Origin: an uncultured virus (IMG/VR IMGVR_UViG_3300030098_005893) | Taxonomy: Duplodnaviria > Heunggongvirae > Uroviricota > Caudoviricetes | Strand: one strand, 5' to 3' | DNA length: 64,000 bases | Virus record (IMG/VR): IMGVR_UViG_3300030098_005893 | Span: 1-64,000 of that record | In this document: positions 29,101 through 41,100 of the stretch, piece by piece | How positions within the stretch are numbered: position 1 is the stretch's first letter | Layout of the letters: every line of letters starts with the position of its first letter | Translations under genes and position numbers: made by a program | The notes under the pieces: model-generated | Databases searched by the model: none | What the model was told of the DNA's origin: nothing | What the model saw: the letters and a program-made list of their open reading frames with translations, nothing else

Positions 29101-32100
29101 TGTGGCATCAAAAGCCAATACGACCCCAAAAGAGGCGTGGCAGAAGTGGGCGGGAGCCGTTAAGGCCATTGCAAAACCGGGCATTTGGGAGGGTCTTGAA
29201 GAAGGCACAGACCAAGTCATTTCTTCTCTCGCTTTTGACAGAGGGATTTCCATGGGAGAAGCCCTTAGTGGGGGAGGGAAAGCAGCTATCGCGGGACTGA
29301 TTCTTGGATCGGGAATAGGAGGGTTGATGTCCACCCAGCAAACGGGCGCGATGGCCGAAAACCTATCCAACCCGGATACGGCTCTGGAGGCGTTGAAAGA
29401 CGTTTTTGGCAAAACTGATTACACTCAAGGGGAGGTTGAAGATGCTTTTGAGCTGATAAACTACCCTGCCAATGCCCCGAGCGATGCAGATGCAGCAGCT
29501 CGAAAGCTACAAGCCGGGATATTGGCAAATAGAAGCCTCGCAGAGGCAGAAAGCCGAGCGAAAGCGGCAGTTAAACTTCATAACACAAAGGGCGAGCCAG
29601 AGGCCGCAGAGGCTGCGCTTCAAAAACTGAAAGAGGTCAATGCCGCTAAAGGGCTCCTCAAAATTGCAAGCGGCAAGGTCAATAACGAGCTAGACCTCAC
29701 CTCAGAAGAGCTTGAGGGCGTAAACAAGGTAGTCGATGACTATGGCTCTCCCCTTCTCAGAGAGGTTAATGGCCAGCTTGTAATAACCAAAGCGGGGACA
29801 AATCTCATAACAGAGATATCTCCTGACGCGGCAAGTGAGCTTGTTGCCTTAAATGAAGAGGCAAGGCTAAGGCAGATCAGGGAGGCCTCAGCCCCCAAAG
29901 TAGCCGAAACCGATCCCAAAGTAGCCAAAACCGATCCCAAAGTAGCCAAGCCCAAGGAGGAAGCCGAAACTGCCCCTAAAGAAGCCGAAACTGCTCCTAA
30001 AGAAGCCGAAACTGCTCCTGAAGTAGCCAAAACCGACCCTAAAGTAGCCAAACCTGCGGAGGCAGCAGCCAAGCCAGACGTATCCAAGATAAAAGGAGCG
30101 GCTGTTGAGGGCGGCAGACAGGTTATCCGCAACTCGAAAGGGGAGCATTATTCCAAACGCGCAAGCGCCCAGATACGGCTGGATAGGCTAATCAAGGACA
30201 AGAAGCTGCCTGCTACGGGGTTTAGTGTTGTCGAGGAAGAGGCAGGGAAGTGGATCATTGCAGAGGATGTAAAGGGTGAAGAGGCCGCTCCCTCCGGAGG
30301 GAAGAAGAAGTGGAGGGTCACAATAAAAGGAGTAGGGGAAAAGACGAGAGCCGTTGAGGTTGAGGCCGAAACCAGAACTGATGCCATTGCAGCCGCCGCA
30401 AAGGAAGCAGACACGGCAAAGGGTGAAACGGTGGTTGTGGCTTCTGCTACGCAAATTGAGACGGATGCTCCCGCGACTCAGGAAGCCCCGGAGGAGGCCC
30501 CAGAGGAGACGAAAGAGCCAGAGCCAGCCGCCCACAAGGTGGCCAAGGTTGAGGACGACGCCCCAGACGCAAAGGGGCGTAGGCGCTTCACGGCATATGA
30601 TGAAAAGGGAAACCTTTTGGGGTCGATTGAATATGTAATCAAGGACGGGGTTGCTATCATCAAGGGCCTCGGAGGGGGAGGCGGCAGCAAGGCCAAGACA
30701 AAAATCAGGGGAGGGATGCGGCCCACTTTTGACGCCTTCTTGGATAAACACAAGGTGGTGCAAACGGGGGAAAGCACAGATAATGTATCTAATGCTGGGC
30801 TAAAATTCTTCTATGATCTTCACAAGACGGGAGAATACGAATTCACCCCAGTAAAAGGAACCGCCGTAGAATCTAATTCTATGGCCATTCGGCCAAAAGG
30901 CTGGAAAGGGGAAAAGGGGCTCTCGGCGCTAAAAGCCTTCAGAAGAGTCTTTGGTGGAGATACGGCTTCGGGCAGGAAAGGGGACCTAGCGATTCACACC
31001 GCTGGTGAAATGATCAGGCATCCCCACGCGCTCATTCAGAAGAAGGAAATAGCTCCCGAGGCGAAGGAGGCCCCAGAGGAGGCCCCAGAGGAGACGAAAG
31101 AAACGGCATCTGTAAGGCAAAGGCTACAAGAGCTAAATCTGTTTAATAGGGTTGTCGATGAAACGGAGGAAACCCCTCTCCCCAAGGGCAAGCTATACTC
31201 GATAGACAAGAATGGTAATGTTATACTGAGCCGCAAAGTATCCAGCTTCTCTAAGACAAGGCAGTCAGAGATTAGTGCGGAGATTGTTGCCGAACGGGGA
31301 GCGGCGGGAGCCTTGAGCCAGAAAGAAGGGGAATTCTGGTTCAGCATGCTTCCTAAGCATGAACAAGAGTCCATTGCGCGGGAGGCCCGTCTAAAGCATA
31401 ACATGGGCAAAGACGCGAGCGATGCAGATGTAGTAAGATACATGCTGGCGAAAGGCATGACCCTGAAGATGCTTGAGACGCTTAGCAGGGGAGCCCGAAA
31501 GCTAAGAAAGGGCGACGAAGAAGCGCACAGAACGGTCTTGGGTTATTTCCTCAGGTATCTCAGGAGGTTTGCCGACAGAATAAGAGCTATCACCACAGGG
31601 GACTCATTACTTGCAAGAAGGTTGCAATTTTATGAGAAAATGGCCTTCGCGTTTATTGCGGAGCATACAAACGCAAGAACTCTTGCCTCTCTTGGGATTG
31701 CAATTCCTGACAGCAGGATATCTGACCGCAGAGACGTTGTCCTTCATCCAAACATCAGGAAGACAAAAGATGGGAAATATGAAGTAACTCTTCCGGGTGG
31801 AACTAAGCAAAAGTTCAAAACACTTGCTGAAGCTCGTGAAAAAAACGCCAACAAATACAGAGACCAAACTCTAAACGCACTAAGTATAGCAACAGCCGCG
31901 TTGCGTAGAGGCGGGGGGTTGAGCGCAGACGAGCTTGAGGCGAAGATTGCAATCATTAAGAAAAAAATCTCTACAATTGCGGCAGTAAGGCCCTTTATTA
32001 CAAAGGAGTCTTTATGGGCCAAGTTCACTGTGGTATTTGTAGACGGTGAGTATACGTCTCTGATTGAAGAATACAAAAAGGCCAAGCCGAAAAGCGAAAG

Positions 32101-35100
32101 GGCACAAAAATTAGAAGACGCTATAGCTGCCTATTTGGGCAAGTTGGTCAAACTTAATGAAGACATCACTCGGGATCTGGAAAACGCAACGCTCAGGGAG
32201 AAGTCTCGTGGGGCTCTGGCAGCCAGTAGGATGGTTGCCTCCTTCGCCGCCGATGTGGCAGATGGAAACCTCGCCCAAACAGAGCCAATGCGACAGGCAA
32301 GACGAGAGTTCTTGGCTTTGGTCGGAAAAGGGCCTGTTCAGGAAAGATTACGCAAATTGCCAGAGCTTGTATTACGACAAGAAAGAATAACTGAAAGAAT
32401 AGCCGCTCTTGCCACTGAGGAGGAAGCCGTAGGAGGCCTTCCTCTTTTCGATGACGCAGCAGACCCCGCCGAGATGGCCAACCTGAAAAAGGAGCTGGGT
32501 CAGGTTACCAATGATATAGCTTCAGCCCATGCCGAGCTGGACGCAGATTATGCCGCAAAAGTAGGAAGGCTGGCCCCGCGCAAAACCCAAAAGGCTACGA
32601 CTAGAGGAATCTCGCAACGGGTTAGCGTTCCGGGCAGGGGGCTCAAGTCCGTCATGGGACTTACGAGAGAAGCTGATGCCTCAACCATACTGCATGAGTT
32701 TGTCCACGTATTGCAAAAAACTCCGGACGAAACAAACCCAGATCAATCTCTTTGGGATTCCGCTTTGGGTAGAAAAAATGCAGCCAAGCTAAGAAAGTGG
32801 GCCAAATCGGTTAATCCCGCCGAACCTGAAGAGGCAGAAGCGGAGGCGATGGAGACCTACCTTAAAGAAGGAAAAGGAAGAGGGCTTGAGGTTGCCCCTT
32901 CCCTGCTTGACGCCTTTTCAAGGGTCGCCTCGGCTATTTATGGGGTCTACGGGGACACCATGAGGGAAAAGGGCGGGGGATACGACATACCTGAGGAAAC
33001 AGTGGCGAGTCTTGATGCGCTTTTTGCGGACCCAGTAATAATCGGGAACTCAGTAACCGCTAACGCCGCCAAGATTAGGGATCAGGTCCAACGCTTCTGG
33101 GATGGAGCGATGCCGATAAGCGAGGAAGAGGTCATTCTTGGTCTTCCAAACGGAGCCGTTCAAGTTGGCTTCAAAAAAGCAAAGGTAGCCAAACAGCTTA
33201 TTGAAAAGAACTACCGAGCCTTTTTCGGGGACAGCGCAAAGGTCGTTGAGTATGAGGGCAAGTTTTATGCGGGGCTGGATATAAACAAAGCCTTCGGGGA
33301 GACTGAGAGAGGATTTGGTCCAAGCCTGCAAAGAACCAAGGCGAAGAGGCCTAACGCTGGCAACGATAGATTCCGGGTTGGGACCTCAAGATCGGACTCT
33401 ACAAGGCGGCGAGACACTGCCAGCAACATTGGGATAACAACAGTAAGTGACGATCTTCTGGCAAGGCAAATGGAGAAGTTTGATTACGATCACCTTCCTC
33501 AGAGCATTCGGTCAGAAAGAAACCCGCAAACAAAAAGGGAAAAAGCAATCGAGTGGATGGTCGAAAATATCTTGGCCGTTCATGACGCTCTTCCAAAGGA
33601 GGTAAGAGAGAGGGCGGCCCAGTGGTATGATGGGGCTAGCAAGCTCGCAAATAAGTTAGCCAAGAAATATAAATACACCAAAGTTCAAACCGCTGGCGTT
33701 ATTGCTGTTCTTTCCCCTCAGAATGGTTGGTTCAAAAATGCATCACAAGCCGAGAAGGTTATTGATATTTATGCAAATCACCGGAACGAGGTGATTGATC
33801 CCAAAATCCACGGGGAAGCCATGGAGCTAATAATCTCCAAGGCACAAGCGGCACAGTCGGCCAAGAAAAAGGTTGTAGAGGGGGAGACCCCTAGACAGAA
33901 GGCGCTGAGGCAAGCCTACAACAGGAGGCTCGATGAGCAGAAGCGAGATCAGCGACGAGCCATAATGGAAGGCATAACCGGGTATACTATTAACCAGCTA
34001 GGCAGAATAGACTCGGAACCTCAATCGTGGGCCCTGAGAGTGCTGGCTACGCATTACTGGTCTTCAGAATACAATGTTCTAAGCCCTGAGGGGGATATTT
34101 TGTGGGTGCAGAGAAAGAACCCCACAAAAGCTCAATTGAGAGCCGGAGAAGAGGGCAGCCCATCGACGCATGGCTGGGGTTCCGCCCAAGAAATTGGCAA
34201 TGCAATTGCAATTTTGAAAAATGGCAGTCTTGAAAACCTGCACAGAATACTTGGCAATGAACACAAGGTCCGGAGCTTCTTTAACAACATAGTTGCGCCC
34301 AACAGCGCAATGGGGGACGTAACCATGGATACGCATGCTGTGGCGGCGGCTCACTTGATGCCATGGGGGATATCAGCTATTGCCGTGGATCATAACTTTG
34401 GCGGGAGAGGGATACCGAATTCAAAAGTCGCTGAAGGGGTTTCAGGGCTTTACCACTTATACGCTGATGCATACAGAGAGGCCGCTCGGCGTAGAGGGAT
34501 ACTTCCCCGCGAAATGCAGTCAATTGCTTGGGAGGGCATTCGACTCATCCACCCCAGCGAACAAAAAAAACCAAAACATCTAGCCGAGGCCACTAAAACG
34601 TGGAAGAATAACAGCAATGCCAGAGCAAGAAAAATCATCATCAACAGAAGTAGATCCTTCTATCCTGAATGGTTTGTCAGAGAACAAACTCCAAGAACTA
34701 AAAAGGTCACAAAAGGGACTAAAGAAGATGGGTCTCGATTGGAGCCTTCCACAAGTCGCACTACTGGAGCTAAAAGATCCAGAAGACGAGGACGAAGCGC
34801 CCCCAGCCTTCAGCGCGAGAAGGAACTCACCTTCCCGGGAATTCAAAAAGTTGCGGACGGCCCATCGCAAAAAGTTATCGAAACGAGCTTCGGAACACTT
34901 GGAAAAACGGGCGAAGATGCCTACACTTTCCTTACAGAAGTTTACGGAACAAGCGAAGCGTTTAATGAAATCCTAAGGGATACGGGGTTTGCCCCCGGAA
35001 TGTTCACTTACCTGTATCCTAAGGTCAAAAAGGCCGAAAAGGATATATTAAGGGACTGGGCAGAAGAAAACAATTTGCTAAATGACTTTGTCGGGTTCTT

Positions 35101-38100
35101 CCACGAACACGCAAAAAACGGACAGGGAGGATATGAGAACTTTGTTATCCACAAAGGCAAATATGTGGAGAAAGTATATCATGGTGACGCCTCTCTGCTA
35201 GAGCGGCTCCACCAGATTCTATGGCATAACTACTATTTCCCCGAGGCGGCTTATGAGGTTTTGGGGTTCATGGCCAAAGATGACGATTTTTTTATTCATG
35301 TCAGGCAGCCAGCCCTTACGGAGGATCAAGATGGAGAACACCTTACCAAGGAAGAGGCTAAAGAATTCTCATACGATATAAATGACGATGTCATCTTGAT
35401 GGGAGACGGCCAAAAGCCAACAAGGCAGGGAAGGCTGGTCGCAGCGATGGCCGAAATGGGGCTAGTCCCCATTAGCAACACTACCTTTTTTGACCCAGAG
35501 GAAAATGTAATTATTTCCGATCTATATCGCTATAATTTTGCAATAGAGCTTGGGAGGCCCATCCCATTTGACCCGGCTTTGCGCTCAGGAAAATATGGGA
35601 ACAACAAGTTTGGGGGTGTTTTGTTGCAAGACAGCATGATTCAGTTGCTGAAGAAAAAGAACCTTCTTGCAGACCTAACATCCCGCGAAGAAGTCGAGGC
35701 TGGGCCTCACCATCAACCAGAATCGGGAATAGACGTAGGGGAGTATATTGAAGAGGTTACTGCAAAACACATGACCGAACATGCTCCCGCAGAGCATGAA
35801 ATATCTCTTAATGGGCAAAGCGTTTCTAAAGGCCGCCTCACTGGCCTTTTGGGTTCCTCTAAGCCCTCCCTTCAGAAAGCACCGGAGTCTTACCGCAAAT
35901 TGGGGGACCCCCCCGAACGCACTAATTGGAAAGACAACGAAACCCTCCGCAGGGAGGTTGACGATCAATGGTTGGAGCTTGCAAAGGAGAGCGGCCACAC
36001 AACTGTTAAAGGCGAGATGGGCGTTGTCCCAGATGCCGAGATCGGGGGCGAGAAAAGGAAGATGCTCGCAAAGTTCACAAGAAGGTTGGCCGAGATGGCC
36101 GGACTCGTGCCGTCCCCCCATTTGCCTCCGACCTTGTTCCATGGGACAATGCGTCAATTTACGGCATTTAAGGTCAGGGATGACCACACCCTTGTTGGGG
36201 AAGACGGTGACATGGTCCTGTCCAACTATTGGGGGAACGGAGTTTACCTTACTACTTCAAACCAAGACGCATATCACAACTACGCTAGAGTTGGCCCAGA
36301 CATGAGGGCCGAGGCTAAGCAAAGAGCCAAGGAAATACTAGAGGCTCCTACAGTATTTCAATCGTCGCAACTTGCAAGAGCGGGACAGCGAGGGGTGACT
36401 CGGGAACAGCAAGCCTATGTTATTGCGCTTGCAGAGCTAAGCCTTGATGCCGAAGGCTCCTTTGTTCATGAGGTATATGTCCAACTTGAAAACCCAGCTA
36501 TCATAGGCCCGGATGAGCGAGGGGTGCATGTGAGGTTCAGTCCTGCCGTTGACGTAAATCACCCTGTCTTAGACGCAGTTGAGGCGGTAAGGCAAAACCT
36601 TGAAGAGAAGCATGATGTAGTAGCCCCAAGAATGGAAGCGATGGCCAAGTTGGCCGAAATCTTGGTGGATAGTCGAGGGGCCAGCTATGAAAGAGTTGGC
36701 AACTTCCTGAGAGACAACCTTCTCTATATCGCCTTTGAAAAGGGGGCTATGGCCACCAAAGTGCCGCTTGATCCTCAAGAAATGGCCAGAAGGGTATTTG
36801 CTGCCCTTGGGCACGATGGAATTATTGACCGGAGAGCTGGCAGCAAGTTCAGGAAGATGAAGGGGGTGGACCCCGATACGGCGCATGTCCTTGTCTTCCG
36901 CCCCGAACAAGTGAAATCGGCAGATGCTGTCACCTACCACCCGATCACCAAGGAAATCGTCTTGCCTTCACAGCGGTTCGATTTCACAAGCTCGCAGATT
37001 AACTTGCAAGGCGGGGTTGATGAAAGAGGAGCAAGAGCATCAAGATCGGTTGGAGTCAGAAAGGCTCTTGAGGAGATTGACGAGGTTAAGGGGTGGAATA
37101 GAAATCCTCTCAATACATGGGAAATAGTTACAGACACCGGAGTTGCGTTTGAGGTCCTCAGGTCCAAAGAAAACCACATCTACCTCAAGGCAATTGCAAC
37201 AGTTGGCGAGAGGAAAAAAGGCCACGCAGGAAATGTCCTTGAGAAGCTCAAGCAAATTGCTGACAAACATGACGTAGGGATCGAGCTGTATCCTAGCGCG
37301 TTTATTGAACGCACCGGAGAAAGGGGAGACGAGCTAACGCAAAAAGAGCTGGAAAACTTCTACAAGAAGCGAGGATTCGTTAGACAAAAATCAGCATATG
37401 GGGGCCCGGGGTCAGAGTTTTTCTACCACAAAAACCCGTTAGCATTTAACCCCCACATTAACGAGGACCCGCAGTCGGCAGAAGAGGCAATAGAGTCTCT
37501 CAGGCTTGCAAATAGGGGTGAGGACCTAAGCCAGATGGATACTGGCATGTTTTCAGAGGACTTTGAGGAGTCGTATTACGAGCCATGGTCTTTTGAGGTG
37601 CCGGGGAGATTCCTTATCGCAGACAGCAGCCCTGAGCATATAGCAGACCTAGATAGGTATATCGGGGCCATGGAAGACGCGGCCATAGAATATAGCGGCT
37701 CTGAATCTGTTGACCCGAACTTTGAAGACTACATTGATCTCCGCATCAGGTTGATGCAGGTGTTGAGTGACTTTCTTCAGGAGCCAAGTTTCTCAAGAGG
37801 TTTCCCGCCCACACGTTCCGGAAGGCCATCATTGCAACGAGGCATTGATGACGCTGACGCAGATAAGCCGTCTGACCTTCAAGAGTCATCCACTTTTGAT
37901 ATAGACAGGATGCTGAAGCTGGTTGGCAAGAACATGTATGGCACCAACCCGGCAGGGATTCTGGGCAAAGAGCTGTTCCAAAACTCCGTGGACGCTGTCA
38001 TGAAGAAGCAGAAGGAGGAGGAGGCTAAAATGCCAGCTAGGATAGAACAGTTCGTCCGTGACGAATGGTCTAAAGCTGGAGTGTTGGAGGACCAAGTAGA

Positions 38101-41100
38101 GAGCGCCGTAGAGAATGCTCTATGGCGATGGGAGACTGACGGAATTACGCCAGAAGGCTTTAATGAGTATGAGCCCACTATTTTGGTTCACGAAGGAGGG
38201 ACTTGGTTTGGACAGGAGGGGGCAGTTCTTTTGAAGGATGAGAGCGGGGAGATGTTTGAGGGCAAACTGCTCTCGTTTGCCGACAACGGTATCGGAATGT
38301 CTCCTGAGACCGTGTGGAGCAAGTTTTTGCCAGCCTTTGTATCGGCAAAAGGAGTTGGAGAAGGGGGAGGGTTTGGAATTGCAAAACTGGTATTCCTGAT
38401 GGGTCCTAACAACGTCAGGGTGTCCACGGTCAACGAAGACGCCGAGGGGCGCAGAATTATGACGGAAGTGGAGATCAAGCCCGGGGCTTACAAGAGATTC
38501 CTGAACAAAGGGAAAGTAGCAACTCCAGACAACATGCTGGAGCCCGGAAACGAGACGGAGGTTGTCCCGGGCTTGACCATAAAGGTTAGCTACGCCCCTG
38601 AAATGACATCAGGAGCAGACACGGGGACGGCATACATAATGGGCACCCCTAACCCTAATGACCCTAATAATGAGCAGTGGAACTACGCAAAGAATGCAAG
38701 CTGGAACAGGGCAGTTGAGTTTATACGAGAGGCATCAGAATTGACTCCTCACGTTAGTCTTGCAACCGAAACCCACAACGCAAGTATCCGGAGCCAGCTT
38801 ATGGGAACAAGCACCCTGTATGAAAAGAGGGAGGCTGGGGAGAAGCCAAGGATTGCCAAGGGCGACACTTGGTTTGAGATTTATGACGGGGAAACGCAAA
38901 GAAAGAAAACGAGGGAATATGTAATAGCGGCAATCAGGAGGCAGGATTTGGAGCTGGTCGAGAGGTATGGCAACGACTCTAGGGCATATAAAGATGGCCT
39001 AGAAGAGCGTTCTAGAAATTTAGAGAGGCCTGCAATTTACGAGTATGCGGGAATATCGCGGTGGGCTGCTGAGGCCCCGCTCGACACAGAATTTCTCAGG
39101 CCACAAGACAAAATCAATAACTGGGTTGTTCTTGAAGACGGGAATATCGAAACGGACCTGTTTGAAATGGAGATCCTAGCCAAGGAGGGAGACAGGCAGA
39201 TTCAAAGCGGATCAATTCAGGCCAAAATACTCAACAGGACGATATACCAGTTTGATGAAACAGTTTCGATGGGGGTCGGTGAAGAGGGACTCGTCCCCGC
39301 CGGTGGAATTGCAATCAACATAAGGTCAAAGGTTGGAGCGGGTGAGGCGGGTTATCCATTTAGCTTAGACAGGAACAATGTTTCGCAGGAGGTCAAAGAC
39401 GAGATAAACACCTTTATGGGCAAATTGGCCCATATTGCCTATACCAAACAAAGAAACCAGTGGGTAAACCGCAGGAAAAACACGGTTCTAATTAGAAGGC
39501 CCGATAAGGGCGAAGAACAGTATGGCCCAGAAGCAGAAGAGTTTGCAAGTTATGCAGCCGTTAAGGAGTGGGGACAAGAGCCCGGGGACTATATAGAAGT
39601 TCCCGGCGAGTTTCATTTTTTGGATCTGTCTGGGACCTTAGACGAGGGGGTTGTGGAGGAATTTGCAAAAGACCCTGTAATTGCCCAAATCGCTGAAGAC
39701 TATTACGAGATTCAAGGGAGGGTATTAAAGTATCTGAAGCTGAGGAACCAGCATGACCCAGATTTTGGAAGGGCTGGGTTTGCGGGATTTGCAGTCGGAA
39801 CTAACGCATACGGACTTCACTTTCCTTTGAAGTATGTGATGGATAAAAAGTTCGTTTCGGACAACCCAACCGACAGCCCTCCCAGCCTTATTTACCATGA
39901 CCCTCTTGCAACATTGCAACATGTCATAGATGAGCATTCGGTTGGAGAACTCGCAGAAATAGGTGGAGCAGTTCTTCCCGGGAAAGGCCTTCAAGACTTC
40001 AAAAGTGGCGCCCCCATGGCCTATTATACAGGGCTATATCAGGTGTTTTTAGATGAAGTGGCCGGAATTGCCGTCCACGAAGCCCTGCATCAGTCCATTC
40101 ACTCCGAGGGGGTTTCCCTTGCTAGGGGTCTTACATTTAATGCCGGGGGACTCGCATCAACTCTCCAAGGATTTGCAACCGTCCAAGATGTTTTGGGAAC
40201 TACGGACCCAGACGAGCTTGCAAAAAGAGCAAAAATCAGAACAGATAAACTAAAGGATTATTATGAGCAGTTTGAGCAAGATTTTGACGAACAAGAGGCG
40301 CAGGCATTTATTACTGGGACGGGTGCTAAAGGATACAACCTTAGAATTGAGGGACCGAGAGGACGCGGAAAAGGAGCTTATCCAACTGGAAAGCCAGATA
40401 GCCCGGATCAGAAACAAGATGATGGCCGTCAAAAAGGAGGGAAGCTGAGCCTTCAGGGCCTAAAAGACGCCGAGGAAGGCGCTGAGAGAGCCAAGAAAAG
40501 GATGGATAGGCGGGGGAAGCCGCTCCGCGAAAGGTTTAGGATTTTCAGGAAGAGGGACGACAGGACTGCCGCTGGAGCCAAAGTGGTCAAGGGTGACCCG
40601 TCCAGAGCCAAGGTGGGAGAGACCCCTGAGGTGAGAAATGCATATGATGTTTCTCAGGAGATATACAATGACACATATATCGCGCAGAACTTCCCTGAAT
40701 GGATGTCTGGCGCAGCCAAGGTAAGAAAGACAGAGGGTGACGATGAAATAAGAAAGAAAATATACGAATCTGCCGAGAAGCTAGGCCAACCCGGGACTCC
40801 TGAATTCCAAATTGCCTCAATGCAGGTTGTTGCAGACGACTTCCAAAGAGCCCTAGCGTCCGGAAATCAGACAGACATAGATAACGCCATGGCTCTCGCT
40901 CATGCGTTTCAGGAGTTAAGGTCTGAAATTGCAAGAACGATGACCTCAATGCGGGACCCGTTCCAGACCCCGGCTCAAAGGGCCGCATACGCTTTAGGTC
41001 AGGCTATAACTCAAGCCCCGCCGCTTCAGGTTAGAGCGTTGCAAAAAAAGCATGGAGCCAAAGAGGCCGGAGACGAAATACCCTCGCAAAATAAGGAGGC

